Of a DNA stretch of 64,000 bases, positions 1 to 13,016 are shown in pieces. A program made the translations under genes and the position numbers. Each line of letters opens with the position of its first letter. Position 1 is the first letter of the stretch. This DNA comes from Macrostomum lignano (taxonomy: Eukaryota). The notes beneath the pieces are model-generated. The model was given only the letters and a program-made list of their open reading frames with translations, had not been told where the DNA came from and searched no databases. The DNA lies in contig NIVC01000835.1 of assembly GCA_002269645.1 (NCBI GenBank), forward strand, positions 1 through 64,000, read 5' to 3'.

Positions 1-901
1 AATTACCAGCAGAACAATTATCGATCTAAAGGCATCAGTTCGGGAAAATACTTCTAGGTAGTAGTACAAGGTGAGAACTTTGTGAAAACACCCCTAATCT
101 ACCTTTAAACAGAGTAGAATTTTTCCTCTGTCTTGCCTTTTCAGGAAAATATAAATCGTTCTATTTTAGGAAACGAAATGCCGGATCCTACATGTATATT
201 GTCTATAGAATTATAATTGCAAAGTTTTACATATACATGTGATCGACAAAGTTGATATAAACTATTTCAGTACCTATGAATTTAAATGGACATATAAACG
301 ACACGTATTTACGCAAGAAATCTACAGAAACTCAATCGTTCGTTATGCCCTATGTAATTAGCAGAAAAAAACATTTGCGCTTAAGTTAATCTTTGAGTGA
401 ATCTGAAAGGCAATGTTATATGTCTCATAAACAAACTAGCGACCTTATCAGCTACTTTTTAAACAGATAGCAGTGGCCAAAAGTAAAATACAATGGGTAG
501 CGTAAGTAACTTTCTGTGGCAAATACACGTGTAAACTGGTAAACCCGTTAGTTTGTAACAATGAGTAAAACAAATCCTACTTGCTTATTTATATCAGAAA
601 AACCTAAAAAGAAATTTAGAAGAGAATTTCAAAATAAGGGTTAAGTATTTCTTTTTGTTGCTTAATAAACACATTCTATTCTTTAGTCACGATTTCCTCT
701 TTAGATTTTAATTTTCACCGCTGATGTAGTCATTAAAAGTTTTGTTCTCCACTTGAGCTTTAATTTTTGGTTGTTTTGTGCCTGCATATTGCAAAACTAG
801 TGCATAGTCAATTGTTGCTTCGCAGGCTAGTTTGTTTTTTATCTTTCGGTTACGTTCAGTCATACGAAAGACCACACCAATGTCGATTCCTTCTGACCTG
901 C

Positions 902-1079
902 CCTCAGCCCAGGCTATGTAATTTAAAAAAATGGCCAACATATGCAGGCTATGGCTTTAATCTGCATGCTGAAAAGGGAAACCTGGTCAGTATATTGGCA
1001 AAGTTGATCCAAATTTCCAGCTGAGACAGGAGGGCTGGTCAAAAATTCTTCCTTATTGAAGTGAATGGTGTCAATGTTG
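902..1079 (+). CDS. NHERF/EBP50-like PDZ scaffold, PDZ exon (frameshifted; 5' boundary approximate)
   Basis: PRLCNLKKWPTYAGYGFNLHAEKG, then after apparent 1-nt indels KPGQYIGKVDPN.PAETGGL...LIEVNGVNV, which is a NHERF-type PDZ. Donor G|GTAAGT at 1079/1080. About 3 indels are needed to keep frame. Confidence 0.8.
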
Positions 1080-1431
1080 GTAAGTGTTGTACTTTTAACA
1101 TTTTACATTTACATTCTACATTTAAGTGAAAACAAGTAACATTATTCAAACTGAAATCAAGTTGAAAGTAAATTATATATATTTGACTTATTATAATAAT
1201 GCTTTTAATTTAAATACATTTTTAGAATAATTAAAGAATTATTGTATTCAATAGGTGATTTGATAGTCACAAAGCATGTTAAATATATATTTAGTGCATA
1301 CAACTGTATATTATTTAAGTTTCTATGAGTACAATGATTTATGAATAGACTGAAATAAATAAATTATTTGCTTTTTACCATTTTAAGTACTACTACAAAT
1401 TACTAATTCATATTTTAACTATCAATTTTAG

Positions 1432-1623
1432 AGGATCTAAGCCATCAAAAGGTTGTGGAAAGAATTAAGGAAACTCCCAACAAAGTGACAATGCTTGTTC
1501 ACCCAGTGAGACTTACAAATACTGTAAAGAGCAAAAATTGTCATCACCATCAATACTCCTAATGTTGAAATATATACAACGCCTGATGAAGAGCCTGGTG
1601 CTTCTGAAACTATCCAGAAAGAG
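1432..1623 (+). CDS. NHERF-like gene, exon completing the PDZ domain (frameshifted)
   Basis: Acceptor TTTTAG at 1431 with phase 1 matching the previous exon; EDLSHQKVVERIKETPNKVTMLV...YKYCKEQK is PDZ alphaB/betaF; donor GAG|GTTTGT; two apparent indels. Confidence 0.75.
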
Positions 1624-1728
1624 GTTTGTATTTTCTTAATTTTGCTCTCTCAACCTTCGTAAGATTACTATTTGAGAAACCAATAAATTTCGAAACTCAG
1701 AAGATTTGAGACCACAAGGAAACTCCTT

Positions 1729-4588
1729 GGGATCAATGGAGTTGGGACCAGAAAACTCGGGATCAGGAAGAGCTGGGACCAGGAAACTCGGGATCAGGGA
1801 CAGTTGGGACAGGAAACTCGGGATCAGGAAGAGCAGGGACCAGAAAACTCGGGATCAGAGAGCTGGGACCAGGAAACTCGGGATCAGGAAGAGTTGGGAC
1901 CAGGAAACTCGGGATCAGGGAGAGTGGGGACCAGAAAACTCGGGATCAGGGAGAGCTGGGACCAGAAAACTCGGATCAGGGAGAGCTGGGACCAGAAAAC
2001 TCGGGATCAGGGAGAGTGGGGACCAGAAAACTCGGGATCAGGAGAGCTGGGACCAGAAAACTCGGGATCAGGGAGAGTGGGGACCAGAAAACTCGGATCA
2101 GGGAGAGTGGGGACAGGAAACTCGGGATCAGGGAGAGTGGGGACCAGGAAACTCGGGATCAGGGAGAGCTGGGACCAGAAAACTCGGGATCAGGGAGAGT
2201 GGGGACAGGAAACTCGGGATCAGGGAGAGTGGGGACCAGAAAACTCGGGATCAGGGAGAGTGGGGACCAGAAAACTCGGGATCAGGGAGAGTGGGGACCA
2301 GAAAACTCGGGATCAGGGAGAGTGGGGACCAGGAAACTCGGGATCAGGGAGAGCTGGGACCAGGAAACTCGGGATCAGGGAGAGTGGGGACCAGAAAACT
2401 CGGGATCAGGGACAGTGGGGACCAGAAAACTCGGGATCAGGGAGAGTGGGGACCAGAAAACTCGGGATCAGGGAGAGTGGGGACCAGGAAACTCGGGATC
2501 AGGGAGAGTGGGGACCAGGAAACTCGGGATCAGGGAGAGTGGGGACCAGAAAACTCGGGATCAGGGAGAGTGGGGACCAGGAAACTCGGGATCAGGGAGA
2601 GTGGGGACCAGAAAACTCGGGATCAGGGAGAGCTGGGACCAGAAAACTCGGGATCAGGGAGAGTGGGGACCAGGAAACTCGGGATCAGGGAGAGCTGGGA
2701 CCAGAAAACTCGGGATCAGGGAGATGGGGACCAGGAAACTCGGGATCAGGGAGAGTGGGGACCAGAAAACTCGGGATCAGGAGAGTGGGGACCAGAAAAC
2801 TCGGGATCAGGGAGAGTGGGACCAGGAAACTCGGGATCAGGAGAGTGGGGACCAGAAAACTCGGGATCAGGGAGAGCTGGGACCAGAAAACTCGGGATCA
2901 GGGAGAGTGGGACCAGGAAACTCGGGATCAGGGAGAGTGGGGACCAGAAAACTCGGGATCAGGGAGAGCTGGGACCAGAAAACTCGGGATCAGGGAGAGT
3001 GGGACCAGGAAACTCGGGATCAGGGAGAGTGGGACCAGAAAACTCGGGATCAGGGAGAGCTGGGACCAGAAAACTCGGGATCAGGGAGAGTGGGGACCAG
3101 GAAACTCGGGATCAGGGAGAGCTGGGACCAGAAAACTCGGGATCAGGGAGAGTGGGGACCAGGAAACTCGGGATCAGGGACAGTGGGGACCAGAAAACTC
3201 GGGATCAGGGAGAGTGGGGACCAGAAAACTCGGGATCAGGGAGAGTGGGGACCAGGAAACTCGGGATCAGGGAGAGTGGGGACCAGGAAACTCGGGATCA
3301 GGGAGAGCTGGGACCAGAAAACTCGGGATCAGGGAGAGTGGGACCAGGAAACTCGGGATCAGGGAGAGTGGGGACCAGAAAACTCGGGATCAGGGAGAGC
3401 TGGGACCAGAAAACTCGGGATCAGGGAGAGTGGGGACCAGGAAACTCGGGATCAGGGAGAGCTGGGACCAGAAAACTCGGGATCAGGGAGAGTGGGACCA
3501 GGAAACTCGGGATCAGGGAGAGTGGGGACCAGGAAAACTCGGGATCAGGGAGAGTGGGGACCAGAAAACTCGGGATCAGGAGAGTGGGGACCAGAAAACT
3601 CGGGATCAGGGAGAGTGGGGACCAGGAAACTCGGGATCAGGGAGAGTGGGGACCAGAAAACTCGGGATCAGGGAGAGCTGGGACCAGAAAACTCGGGATC
3701 AGGGAGAGTGGGGACCAGGAAACTCGGGATCAGGGAGAGTGGGACCAGAAAACTCGGGATCAGGGAGAGCTGGGACCAGAAAACTCGGGATCAGGAGAGT
3801 GGGGACCAGGAAACTCGGATCAGGAGAGTGGGGACCAGAAAACTCGGGATCAGGGAGAGCTGGGACCAGAAAACTCGGGATCAGGAGAGTGGGGACCAGA
3901 AAACTTGGGATCAGGGAGAGCTGGGACCAGAAAACTCGGGATCAGGAGAGTGGGGACCAGGAAACTCGGGATCAGGGAGAGTGGGGACCAGAAAACTCGG
4001 GATCAGGGAGAGCTGGGACCAGAAAACTCGGGATCAGGGAGAGTGGGGACCAGGAAACTCGGGATCAGGGAGAGCTGGGACCAGAAAACTCGGGATCAGG
4101 GAGAGTGGGGACCAGGAAACTCGGGATCAGGGACAGTGGGGACCAGAAAACTCGGGATCAGGGAGAGTGGGGACCAGAAAACTCGGGATCAGGGAGAGTG
4201 GGGACCAGGAAACTCGGGATCAGGGAGAGTGGGGACCAGAAAACTCGGGATCAGGGAGAGCTGGGACCAGAAAACTCGGGATCAGGGAGAGCTGGGACCA
4301 GAAAACTCGGGATCAGGGAGAGTGGGGACCAGAAAACTCGGGATCAGGGAGAGTGGGGACCAGGAAACTCGGGATCAGGGAGAGCTGGACCAGAAAACTC
4401 GGGATCAGGGAGAGTGGGGACCAGAAAACTCGGGATCAGGGAGAGCTGGGACCAGAAAACTCGGGATCAGGGAGAGCTGGGACCAGAAAACTCGGGATCA
4501 GGGAGAGCTGGGACCAGAAAACTCGGGATCAGGGAGAGTGGGACCAGGAAACTCGGGATCAGGGACAGTTGGGAGCAGGAAACTCGGT
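1729..4588. repeat. 31-bp minisatellite, ~90 copies (intronic)
   Basis: Unit GGGGACCAGAAAACTCGGGATCAGGGAGAGT; stop-free, which explains the three ~900-aa ORFs. Confidence 0.97.
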
Positions 4589-4625
4589 TAAACCTTGAGC
4601 TCCACCCCTACTGCTGCACCAACAG

Positions 4626-4796
4626 TCTGGCGCAGTCGAGCAGCTGACGCCTCCACCTTCTCAGCCACCGCCTGAGGAGGCTCAGTCACCTTCGCCGGTG
4701 CCAGATCACGATGAGGCCGACTATTCCGTGCCAGATCACGATGAGGCCGACTATGCTGTTCCAGATTATTCTACTCGACAGCCCGTATTTTCCGAG
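4626..4796 (+). CDS. NHERF-like gene, internal Pro-rich exon with tandem DY(S/A)VP motifs
   Basis: CAACAG acceptor, GAG|GTAACT donor, 171 nt, phase 0-0 compatible with flanking exons; SGAVEQLTPPPSQ...VPDHDEADYSVPDHDEADYAVPDY. Confidence 0.65.
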
Positions 4797-5404
4797 GTAA
4801 CTCTACAGTTATTGATTGTATCACACATACGAGTAACAGCATGACAGCAATACACTTTTCTCGCTCATTTTCATACTACTCAAGAATTCCTTTACGAAGA
4901 AAAAACAAAGTTTTTTAGCTTCAAAAGCAGCGTGGTTGCAAAGGCGAGCCAACGTGTAATAACTAGTTATTATTATCAATGATGTTACAGTCGCTCGCAC
5001 AGCATTTAAGAAGCTTGTGCCCAGTACATACAAATAATCTACATATATGCACATTTTGGACAATGGAGCGTTCAAATGGCCGCGAATGAGCGAAAATTGC
5101 ATAGTTGTTGTGAAGTGTTTTGCGTCAAGTGTTGAGCGCTGGCACACTGTGGGGAAAGAGAGTAGTTAGAGATATCTTTATAGTTTAGGGCATTGCTGCT
5201 TGCAGTGGCAAAGGCTTGCTTAAGGACTGCTAAATTAAGTAATTGGACTGGAAACCAACTCGAAACAACATAGAGCGGATAGGTGGCTAGGATAAACTGA
5301 AGCTGAAGCTGCTGACTGAAAGACGCGCAGATGTGAGTAGACCAATAGTTGACACTAAACTGTATGGACTGATAGTAGGCTCACGGAAAATTGAAAGGCA
5401 CTAA

Positions 5405-7645
5405 GGCACAGACAGGTAGACACGAAAGCGAAGACAGACAGGCACTAAGGCGCAGACGACAGACACAAAGGCACAGACAGACAGACACAAAGGCACAGAC
5501 AGACAGACACTAAGGCGCAGACAGAAAGACACTAAGGCGCAGACAGAAAGACACTAAGACACACAAAGGCGCAGACAGACAGGCACTAAGGCGCAGACAG
5601 ACAGACACTAAGGCGCAGACAGACAGACACTAAGGCGCAGACAGAAAGACACTAAGGCGCAGACAGAAAGACACTAAGACACACAAAGGCGCAGACAGAC
5701 AGGCACTAAGGCGCAGACAGGCAGACACTAAGGCGCAGACAGAAAGACAGACACTAAGGCGCAGACAGACAGACACTAAGACACACAAAGGCGCAGACAG
5801 ACAGGCACTAAGACGCAGACAGACAGGCACTAAGACGCAGACAGACAGACACAAAGGCGCGCAAACAGACAGACACAAAGGCACAGACAGACAGACACTA
5901 AGGCGCAGACAGAAAGACAGACACTAAGGCGCAGACAGACACTACGGCGCAGACAGACAGACAGACACTAAGGCGCAGACAGACAGACACTAAGACACAC
6001 AAAGGCACAGACAGACAGACACTAAGGCGCAGACAGAAAGACAGACACTAAGGCGCAGACAGACACTACGGCGCAGACAGACAGACAGACACTAAGGCGC
6101 AGACAGACAGACACTAAGGCGCAGACAGAAAGACACTAAGGCGCAGACAGAAAGACACTAAGACACACAAAGGCGCAGACAGACAGGCACTAAGGCGCAG
6201 ACAGACAGACACTAAGGCGCAGACAGAAAGACAGACACTAAGGCGCAGACAGACAGACACTAAGACACACAAAGGCGCAGACAGACAGGCACTAAGGCGC
6301 AGACAGACAGACACAAAGGCGCGCAAACAGACAGACACAAAGGCACAGACAGACAGACACTAAGGCGCAGACAGAAAGACAGACACTAAGGCGCAGACAG
6401 ACAGACACTAAGACACACAAAGGCGCAGACAGACACTACGGCGCAGACAGACAGACAGACACTAAGGCGCAGACAGACAGACACTAAGACACACTAAGGC
6501 GCAGACAGAAAGACAGACACTAAGGCGCAGACAGACACTACGGCGCAGACAGACAGACACTAAGACACACAAAGGCGCAGACAGACAGGCACTAAGGCGC
6601 AGACAGACAGACACTAAGACACACAAAGGCGCAGACAGACAGGCACTAAGGCGCAGACAGACAGACACAAAGGCGCGAAAACAGACAGACACAAAGGCAC
6701 AGACAGACAGACACTAAGGCGCAGACAGAAAGACAGACACAAAGGCACAGACAGACAGACACTAAGGCGCAGACAGAAAGACAGACACAAAGGCACAGAC
6801 AGACAGACACTAAGGCGCAGACAGAAAGACAGACACTAAGGCGCAGACAGACACTACGGCGCAGACAGACAGACACTAAGACACACTAAGGCGCAGACAG
6901 AAAGACAGACACTAAGGCGCAGACAGAAAGACAGACACTAAGGCGCAGACAGAAAGACAGACACTAAGGCGCAGACAGACACTACGGCGCAGACAGACAG
7001 ACACTAAGACACACTAAGGCGCAGACAGAAAGACAGACACTAAGGCGCAGACAGACACTACGGCGCAGACAGACAGACACTAAGACACACAAAGGCGCAG
7101 ACAGACAGACACAAAGGCGCAGACAGACAGGCACAAAGGCGCGCAAACAGACAGACACAAAGGCACAGACAGACAGGCACAAAGGCGCGCAGACAGACAG
7201 GCACTAAGGCGCAGACAGACACAAAGGCGCAGACAGACAGGCACTAAGGCGCAGACAGACACAAAGGCGCAGACAGACAGACACTAAGACACACAAAGGC
7301 GCAGACAGACAGACACAAAGGCGCAGACAGACAGGCACAAAGGCGCGCAAACAGACAGACACAAAGGCACAGACAGACAGGCACAAAGGCGCGCAGACAG
7401 ACAGGCACTAAGGCGCAGACAGACACAAAGGCGCAGACAGAGAGGCACTAAGGCGCAGACAGACACAAAGGCGCAGACAGACAGGCACTAAGGCGCAGAC
7501 AGACACAAAGGCGCAGACAGACAGGCACTAAGGCGCAGACAGACACAAAGGCGCAGACAGACAGGCACTAAGGCGCAGACAGACACAAAGGCGCAGACAG
7601 ACAGGCACTAAGGCGCAGACAGACACAAAGGCGCGGAAACAGACA
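5405..7645. repeat. GACA-based complex satellite (intronic)
   Basis: Variants of CAGACAGACAGACACTAAGGCG / CACAAAGGCG. Confidence 0.95.
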
Positions 7646-7828
7646 GATAGGCTGCACAGGCATACAGCTACAATCAAACAGATAGATGCGTTTCTTACAG
7701 TTTTGTTTTAGGTTTTGTTATAGAAAATTTTTTTCGCGATATTTTAGTACAAGCCGGGTGATTATGCATCCAGTCCAGAAGCTTTGCTTTAGTTATCCAT
7801 GGGTAAATACGTTTGTGGAGCTAGAGAA

Positions 7829-7831
<3 letters not shown>

Positions 7832-7891
<60 letters not shown>
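7832..7891. repeat. (GA)n microsatellite
   Basis: Pure GA run. Confidence 0.95.
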
Positions 7892-7895
<4 letters not shown>

Positions 7896-8185
7896 GGAGT
7901 AGGTTCGCTAGTTCGCTATAAGGTTCGCTTTTCAAAGCCTTACCGTATCAGGTGACTAAGTTTGAACTGCTGCGCTACACCGAATGCCGAACAGTGAGGC
8001 CGGTCGGTGGTTAGGCTGGGGTAGGTCTGCAGAGAAATATTTAACAAGGATTTTTGTGATATGTACGTAGATTCTCTATTTTCTTTCGCCAAGTTGCCGC
8101 CCATTCTAGAAAGGGTTTGATATAGTTAGGAATAGAAAATATTAACACTGCTTGAAGACGGAGTTTTACAGCCAAATTTGTTAGG

Positions 8186-8189
<4 letters not shown>

Positions 8190-8269
<80 letters not shown>
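8190..8269. repeat. (GA)n microsatellite
   Basis: Pure GA run. Confidence 0.95.
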
Positions 8270-8271
<2 letters not shown>

Positions 8272-8714
8272 GGTCTCTGCTCTGTACGCGTGTGTTCTCT
8301 CTCAGTAAACTACTGAATATTTCCATATTTCTCTGATTTGCTTCACTGAATATTTTTGGTAAAAGAAGCAAAATTAGCATTGAATTTTTATATCGCTGGT
8401 CAGAGTTTCCCTTGCACCTGTGTGTGCGTGTGTATGACCTTGCAAATAAAATAAAATTTACAATCCAATACGGGGAAACGGGCGACATGTTAAGGCGTGT
8501 TTTAACGTTTGTTCGCTTCAATGGGTTTGCCTGGGGCCTGTTTGCTTTTTGGCTTTGAATTAATTCAGGAGAATTGAGTAGCTAACGTGAGCAAGGGTCA
8601 GTTTAGCCTCAGTTGTCAGTCGAAATTCCGGTGTTGATTCAACTGGCTGAGTTTATAATATAGTCATGTAATATAGTCATGCCATTTTCTATGGCAAAGT
8701 CAATAACTCAATCA

Positions 8715-9110
8715 CTGGCCTTTATAAAGAGAGTCACTGGCTACGCCACCTCACCTGCTGACATCCTCGTCAATAAGAGTCACTGGTTACACCACTGCTG
8801 ACATCCTCATCAATAAGAGTCACTGGTTACACCACTGCTGACATCCTCATCAATAAGAGTCACTGGTTACACCACTGCTGACATCCTCATCAATAAGAGT
8901 CACTGGTTACACCACTGCTGACATCCTCATCAATAAGAGTCACTGGTTACACCACTGCTGACATCCTCGTCAATAAGAGTCACTGGTTACACCACTGCTG
9001 ACATCCTAATCAATAAGAGTCACTGGTTACACCACTGCTGACATCCTCATCAATAAGAGTCACTGGTTACACCACTGCTGACATCCTCATCAATAAGAGT
9101 CACTGGTCAC
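8715..9110. repeat. 40-bp minisatellite, ~9-10 copies (intronic)
   Basis: Unit CAATAAGAGTCACTGGTTACACCACTGCTGACATCCTCAT; ends ~50 bp before the acceptor. Confidence 0.95.
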
Positions 9111-9162
9111 ATAGCATCAGCCTCATCTGCTCACGCCCATGACCTCCACCTCCCTTATTCAG

Positions 9163-9507
9163 CAGCTGAGTGCCGTTTCATCGCAAACTGCATCTCCGGC
9201 TCCGAGTCCGCAGCAGCAGCGCCGCTCGTCCCCGACCCCGCCAGCGCCAGTCGCCGCCGAAGCCCCGTCGCCGACCCCGCCGGCGCCAGTCGCCGAAGCC
9301 CCGTCGCCGACCCCGCCGGCGCCAGTCGCCAAAGCCGCGGCCCCGGCAGCCGCAGCCCAGAACGGCGGCGGCGGCAAAGGCAGCGACCCAGTCGGCAACA
9401 TCAGCCTGGAGGAGATGCGGGCCAAGATAGGCCAGAACAAGCGCACCCAGGTCAAGATGAAGCCGGGAACTTTCTCTGAGAAGAGCAACATGTTCCAATC
9501 GCTTTGA
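9163..9507 (+). CDS. NHERF-like gene, terminal exon with ERM-binding-type C-terminus
   Basis: Polypyrimidine tract plus CAG acceptor (9162 or 9165), phase 0; ends ISLEEMRAKIGQNKRTQVKMKPGTFSEKSNMFQSL*, resembling the EBP50 C-terminal ERM-binding helix. Confidence 0.8.
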   Translation, partial: QLSAVSSQTASPAPSPQQQRRSSPTPPAPVAAEAPSPTPPAPVAEAPSPTPPAPVAKAAAPAAAAQNGGGGKGSDPVGNISLEEMRAKIGQNKRTQVKMKPGTFSEKSNMFQSL

Positions 9508-10315
9508 GCATATCAAAAACACTAACAGACGTATTGTTTTTCCATTTTGTTATACAGGCCAACTAACGATCTCGTTCCAGACTGTAGCGGCAAACCTGCA
9601 AAGTACTTGATGAAAATCATCACTTTTTATCTACTAAAAAGAATAATTGCGCTTTTTCGGCATTAAACTTATTCCAATAACTTTTTTGGCTTAGTGCTTT
9701 TATATCTTATGATGAATATTTCCGTTTTTAGATTCTTGTGTGTATGAACGTGCCGTGCCGTGTGTTCTGTCGTTTCAAATTTGTACTGCACATTTCAGCA
9801 CAGTTTTTGTCATTCCACGTGTCGCCCTCCCACCCCCCGTTATCCGTTGTTTTATCATCAGCTCACTACAGATATCGCTGCTCTTCCACTAGTTAAGACA
9901 GCTGGACTCAATTTTACTGATGCTATCAGGGTACGTACGTGTTGCACGGCGATTATGTTGTGTTAGATTCTCTGCTTTCGAAAAGTACAACTCATTATTG
10001 TAAGCTGATTTCTACAATCGATATATTTAGAAATCCAAATAGCTTTACGATTATCAGATTAGAATGTGCTATAGATCTGTCTTATACACAAATTCATGTT
10101 TATACGGTTCACGATTATTATATACTATTGTGCCCAATACTCACAGCTGATGTCTGTCTGCTCAAAGTTTTTTGTGTTTTTTATCAATTGAAATAATAAA
10201 TTCATAAATATACACTTGGCTCGTGTCTCTTGTGCCATTTTGTTGCTGGGAAATCGATTGTATCTTTTGCGTGGCTCATGTTCTGATTTTTTATCTTGTC
10301 GGATTTGGGTTGCCA

Positions 10316-11312
10316 CCCTTCCAGATCCTCAGTTGCTGGGCCAGCCTTCCAGATCCTCAGTTGCTGGGCCAGCCTCACAGATCTTCAGTTGCTGGGCCAG
10401 CCTCCCAGATCCTCAGTTGCTGGGCCAGCCTCTCAGATCCTCAGTTGCTGGGCCAGCCTCCCAGGTCTTCAGTTGCTGGGCCAGCCTCTCAGATCCTCAG
10501 TTGCTGGGCCAGCCTCCCAGATCTTCAGTTGCTGGGCCAGCCTCCCAGGTCTTCAGTTGCTGGGCCAGCCTCTCAGATCCTCAGTTGCTGGGCCAGCCTC
10601 CCAGGTCTTCAGTTGCTGGGCCAGCCTCTCAGATCCTCAGTTGCTGGGCCAGCCTCCCAGATCTTCAGTTGCTGGGCCAGCCTCCCAGGTCTTCAGTTGC
10701 TGGGCCAGCCTCTCAGATCCTCAGTTGCTGGGCCAGCCTCCCAGGTCTTCAGTTGCTGGGCCAGCCTCTCAGATCCTCAGTTGCTGGGCCAGCCTCCCAG
10801 ATCTTCAGTTGCTGGGCCAGCCTCTCAGATCCTCAGTTGCTGGGCCAGCCTCCCAGATCCTCAGTCCGCCAGTTTCCCAGATCCTCAGTTGCTGGGCCAG
10901 CTTTCCAGATCCTCAGTTGCTGGGTCAGCCTTCCAGATCCTCAGTTGCTGGGCCAGCCTTCCAGATCCTCAGTTGCTGGGCCAGCCTCCCAGATCCTCAG
11001 TTGCTGGGCCAGCCTCTCAGATCCTCAGTTGCTGGGCCAGCCTCCCAGGTCTTCAGTTGCTGGGCCAGCCTCGCAGATCCTCAGTTGCTGGGCCAGCCTC
11101 ACAGATCTTCAGTTGCTGGGCCACCCTCCCAGATCCTCAGTCCGCCAGCTTCCCAGATCCTCAGTTGCTGGGCCAGCCTTCCAGATCCTCAGTTGCTGGG
11201 CCAGCCTTCTAGATCCTCAGTTGCTGGGCCAGCCTCCCAGATCCTCAGCTGCTGGCCAGCCTCCAAGATCCTCTGTTGCTGAGCCAGCCTCTCAGATCCT
11301 CAGTTGCTGAGC
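10316..11312. repeat. 28-bp minisatellite, ~35 copies
   Basis: Unit CCAGATCCTCAGTTGCTGGGCCAGCCTY. Confidence 0.96.
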
Positions 11313-11916
11313 AAGCCCCCCCTCCGATCCTCAAGTTATCTTGTCTAATTAATCAATGAAAGCAGGAATTTACCACAATTATAGCTAGTCGTCAAGCTTC
11401 AAATATTCATAGTTTAATGAAAAATTACATGGCACTTTTATTCTGCTGTTAAGTCATGAGTAAGTCATCGCCATGAAGTGTTACGAGCGTAAAATGTTGA
11501 CAGGCTGATGCGAATTGGACTAATACGCTCAGACACCCACATGAGCAAAGTGCAAAATAGAAAACGCATGCAATAAAGCAAAGTGGGGGACGGGTATTTT
11601 ATATGCAAACATTCAACACAACATAAATTTTCAGATAAGCAAGATTGAAAACTGTGGTTAGTAGTATAGTCGGACATTTTATCTATTATGGAATCGTGCA
11701 TGACATACGCGACTGACTGATTTGAGTGGATAACTGGCGTTACATGTACGAGCTATTTGTGAGAAATTCATTTCTTCTATGATCATTCGTCTGCATGCAG
11801 CTGCCCGTAACAAGTACGTGTAAGGTCATCCATTATCGATCGCTGCCTAAAAAGAGCAGATGGGCACAGGGTACGAGCGTAAATAGTCCTGAGATACTTT
11901 TAGCTACTTCAACTGT

Positions 11917-12350
11917 ACCCACCCACCTCACTCCTTACACCCACCTCACTCCTTACACCCACCTCACTCCTTACACCCACCTCACTCCTTACACCCACCT
12001 CACTCCTTACACTCACCTCACTCCTTACACCCACCTAGTTGCAATTACAGGGACCTCACTCCTCACACCCACCTCACTCCTCACACCCACCTCACTCCTT
12101 ACACCCACCTCACTCCTTACACTCACCTCACTCCTTACACCCACCTAGTTGCAATTACAGGCACCTCACTCCTCACACCCACCTCACTCCTCACACCCAC
12201 CTCACTCCTCACACCCACCTCACTCCTCACACCCACCTCACTCCTCACACCCACCTCACTCCTCACACCCACTTAACTCCCTACACCCACCTAACTGCAA
12301 TTAAAGGCACCTCACTCCTCACATCCACCTTACTCCTTACAACCACCTCA
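11917..12350. repeat. 18-bp minisatellite (left arm of inverted pair)
   Basis: Unit TTACACCCACCTCACTCC. Confidence 0.93.
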
Positions 12351-12398
12351 TGCACGGCACCAGTTACAAGAAGCAAAATTAACTCTCACCGCTACTCC

Positions 12399-12913
12399 TC
12401 AGGCGTCTGAATCTTCCAGCTTTCGTATCATACGGCTGAATCCGTCCTGCTCCAGCAGTTCCTCATTGTTGAGAAGCTCCTGAAAGCTGTCCGACAGTTC
12501 GCCCTCCGACTCCTCCAGCTGGAGAGCGTCACCTTCCTCCACGCCGTTCTCCTCATCGTCGTCCCAGATTCCCTCAGCGCCGGCCTGGATCTCCCGCACC
12601 AGCTCCGGATCCAGCAGCGGCGACTCGGGCCCGCCCGCCTCGTCCTCCGCCTCCTGCAGCGCCTGAAAGTCCAGCTGGACGACCGGAACCGGCGCCTGGG
12701 TCGCTTTGATGTCGGTCTCGTCGATAACTGGTGACGACTCCGCGCCCCCGTGGTTGTCCTCGGCGGCGGCCTGTGCCTCGCTATTTACCAGGTCTACAGT
12801 TGCGGATTCGACGTCCCTGAGAATTGAGCTTAATGAGCGCTGGGGAATTCTGGACGCTTTCTGTTGCGGCTTCGGATGCTGTACGATAGACGCTGCCAGC
12901 TCCGGCTCTTGGA
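12399..12913 (-). CDS. TM-PDZ-acidic repeat protein, terminal exon 5
   Basis: Acceptor TTCTCTCCACAG, phase 1, acidic ORF to TGA; the joined CDS of 5 exons is 3411 nt (1136 aa) with no stop. Confidence 0.85.
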
Positions 12914-13016
12914 CTGTGGAGAGAACCAATTAGTTTTTTAATTTTTATAGTCAGTTCTGTGTACCTATCTCTGATACTGAGCGATGTAGTTGATCAGTTT
13001 GTTGTTGTGGGTTGAA

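Noticed and set aside
1706-4647. Three 860-960-aa ORFs
   Set aside because: All three frames are open because the 31-bp unit lacks stops; the array is intronic to the NHERF-like gene.
10216-11310. 328-364-aa ORFs in three frames
   Set aside because: 28-bp satellite artefact.
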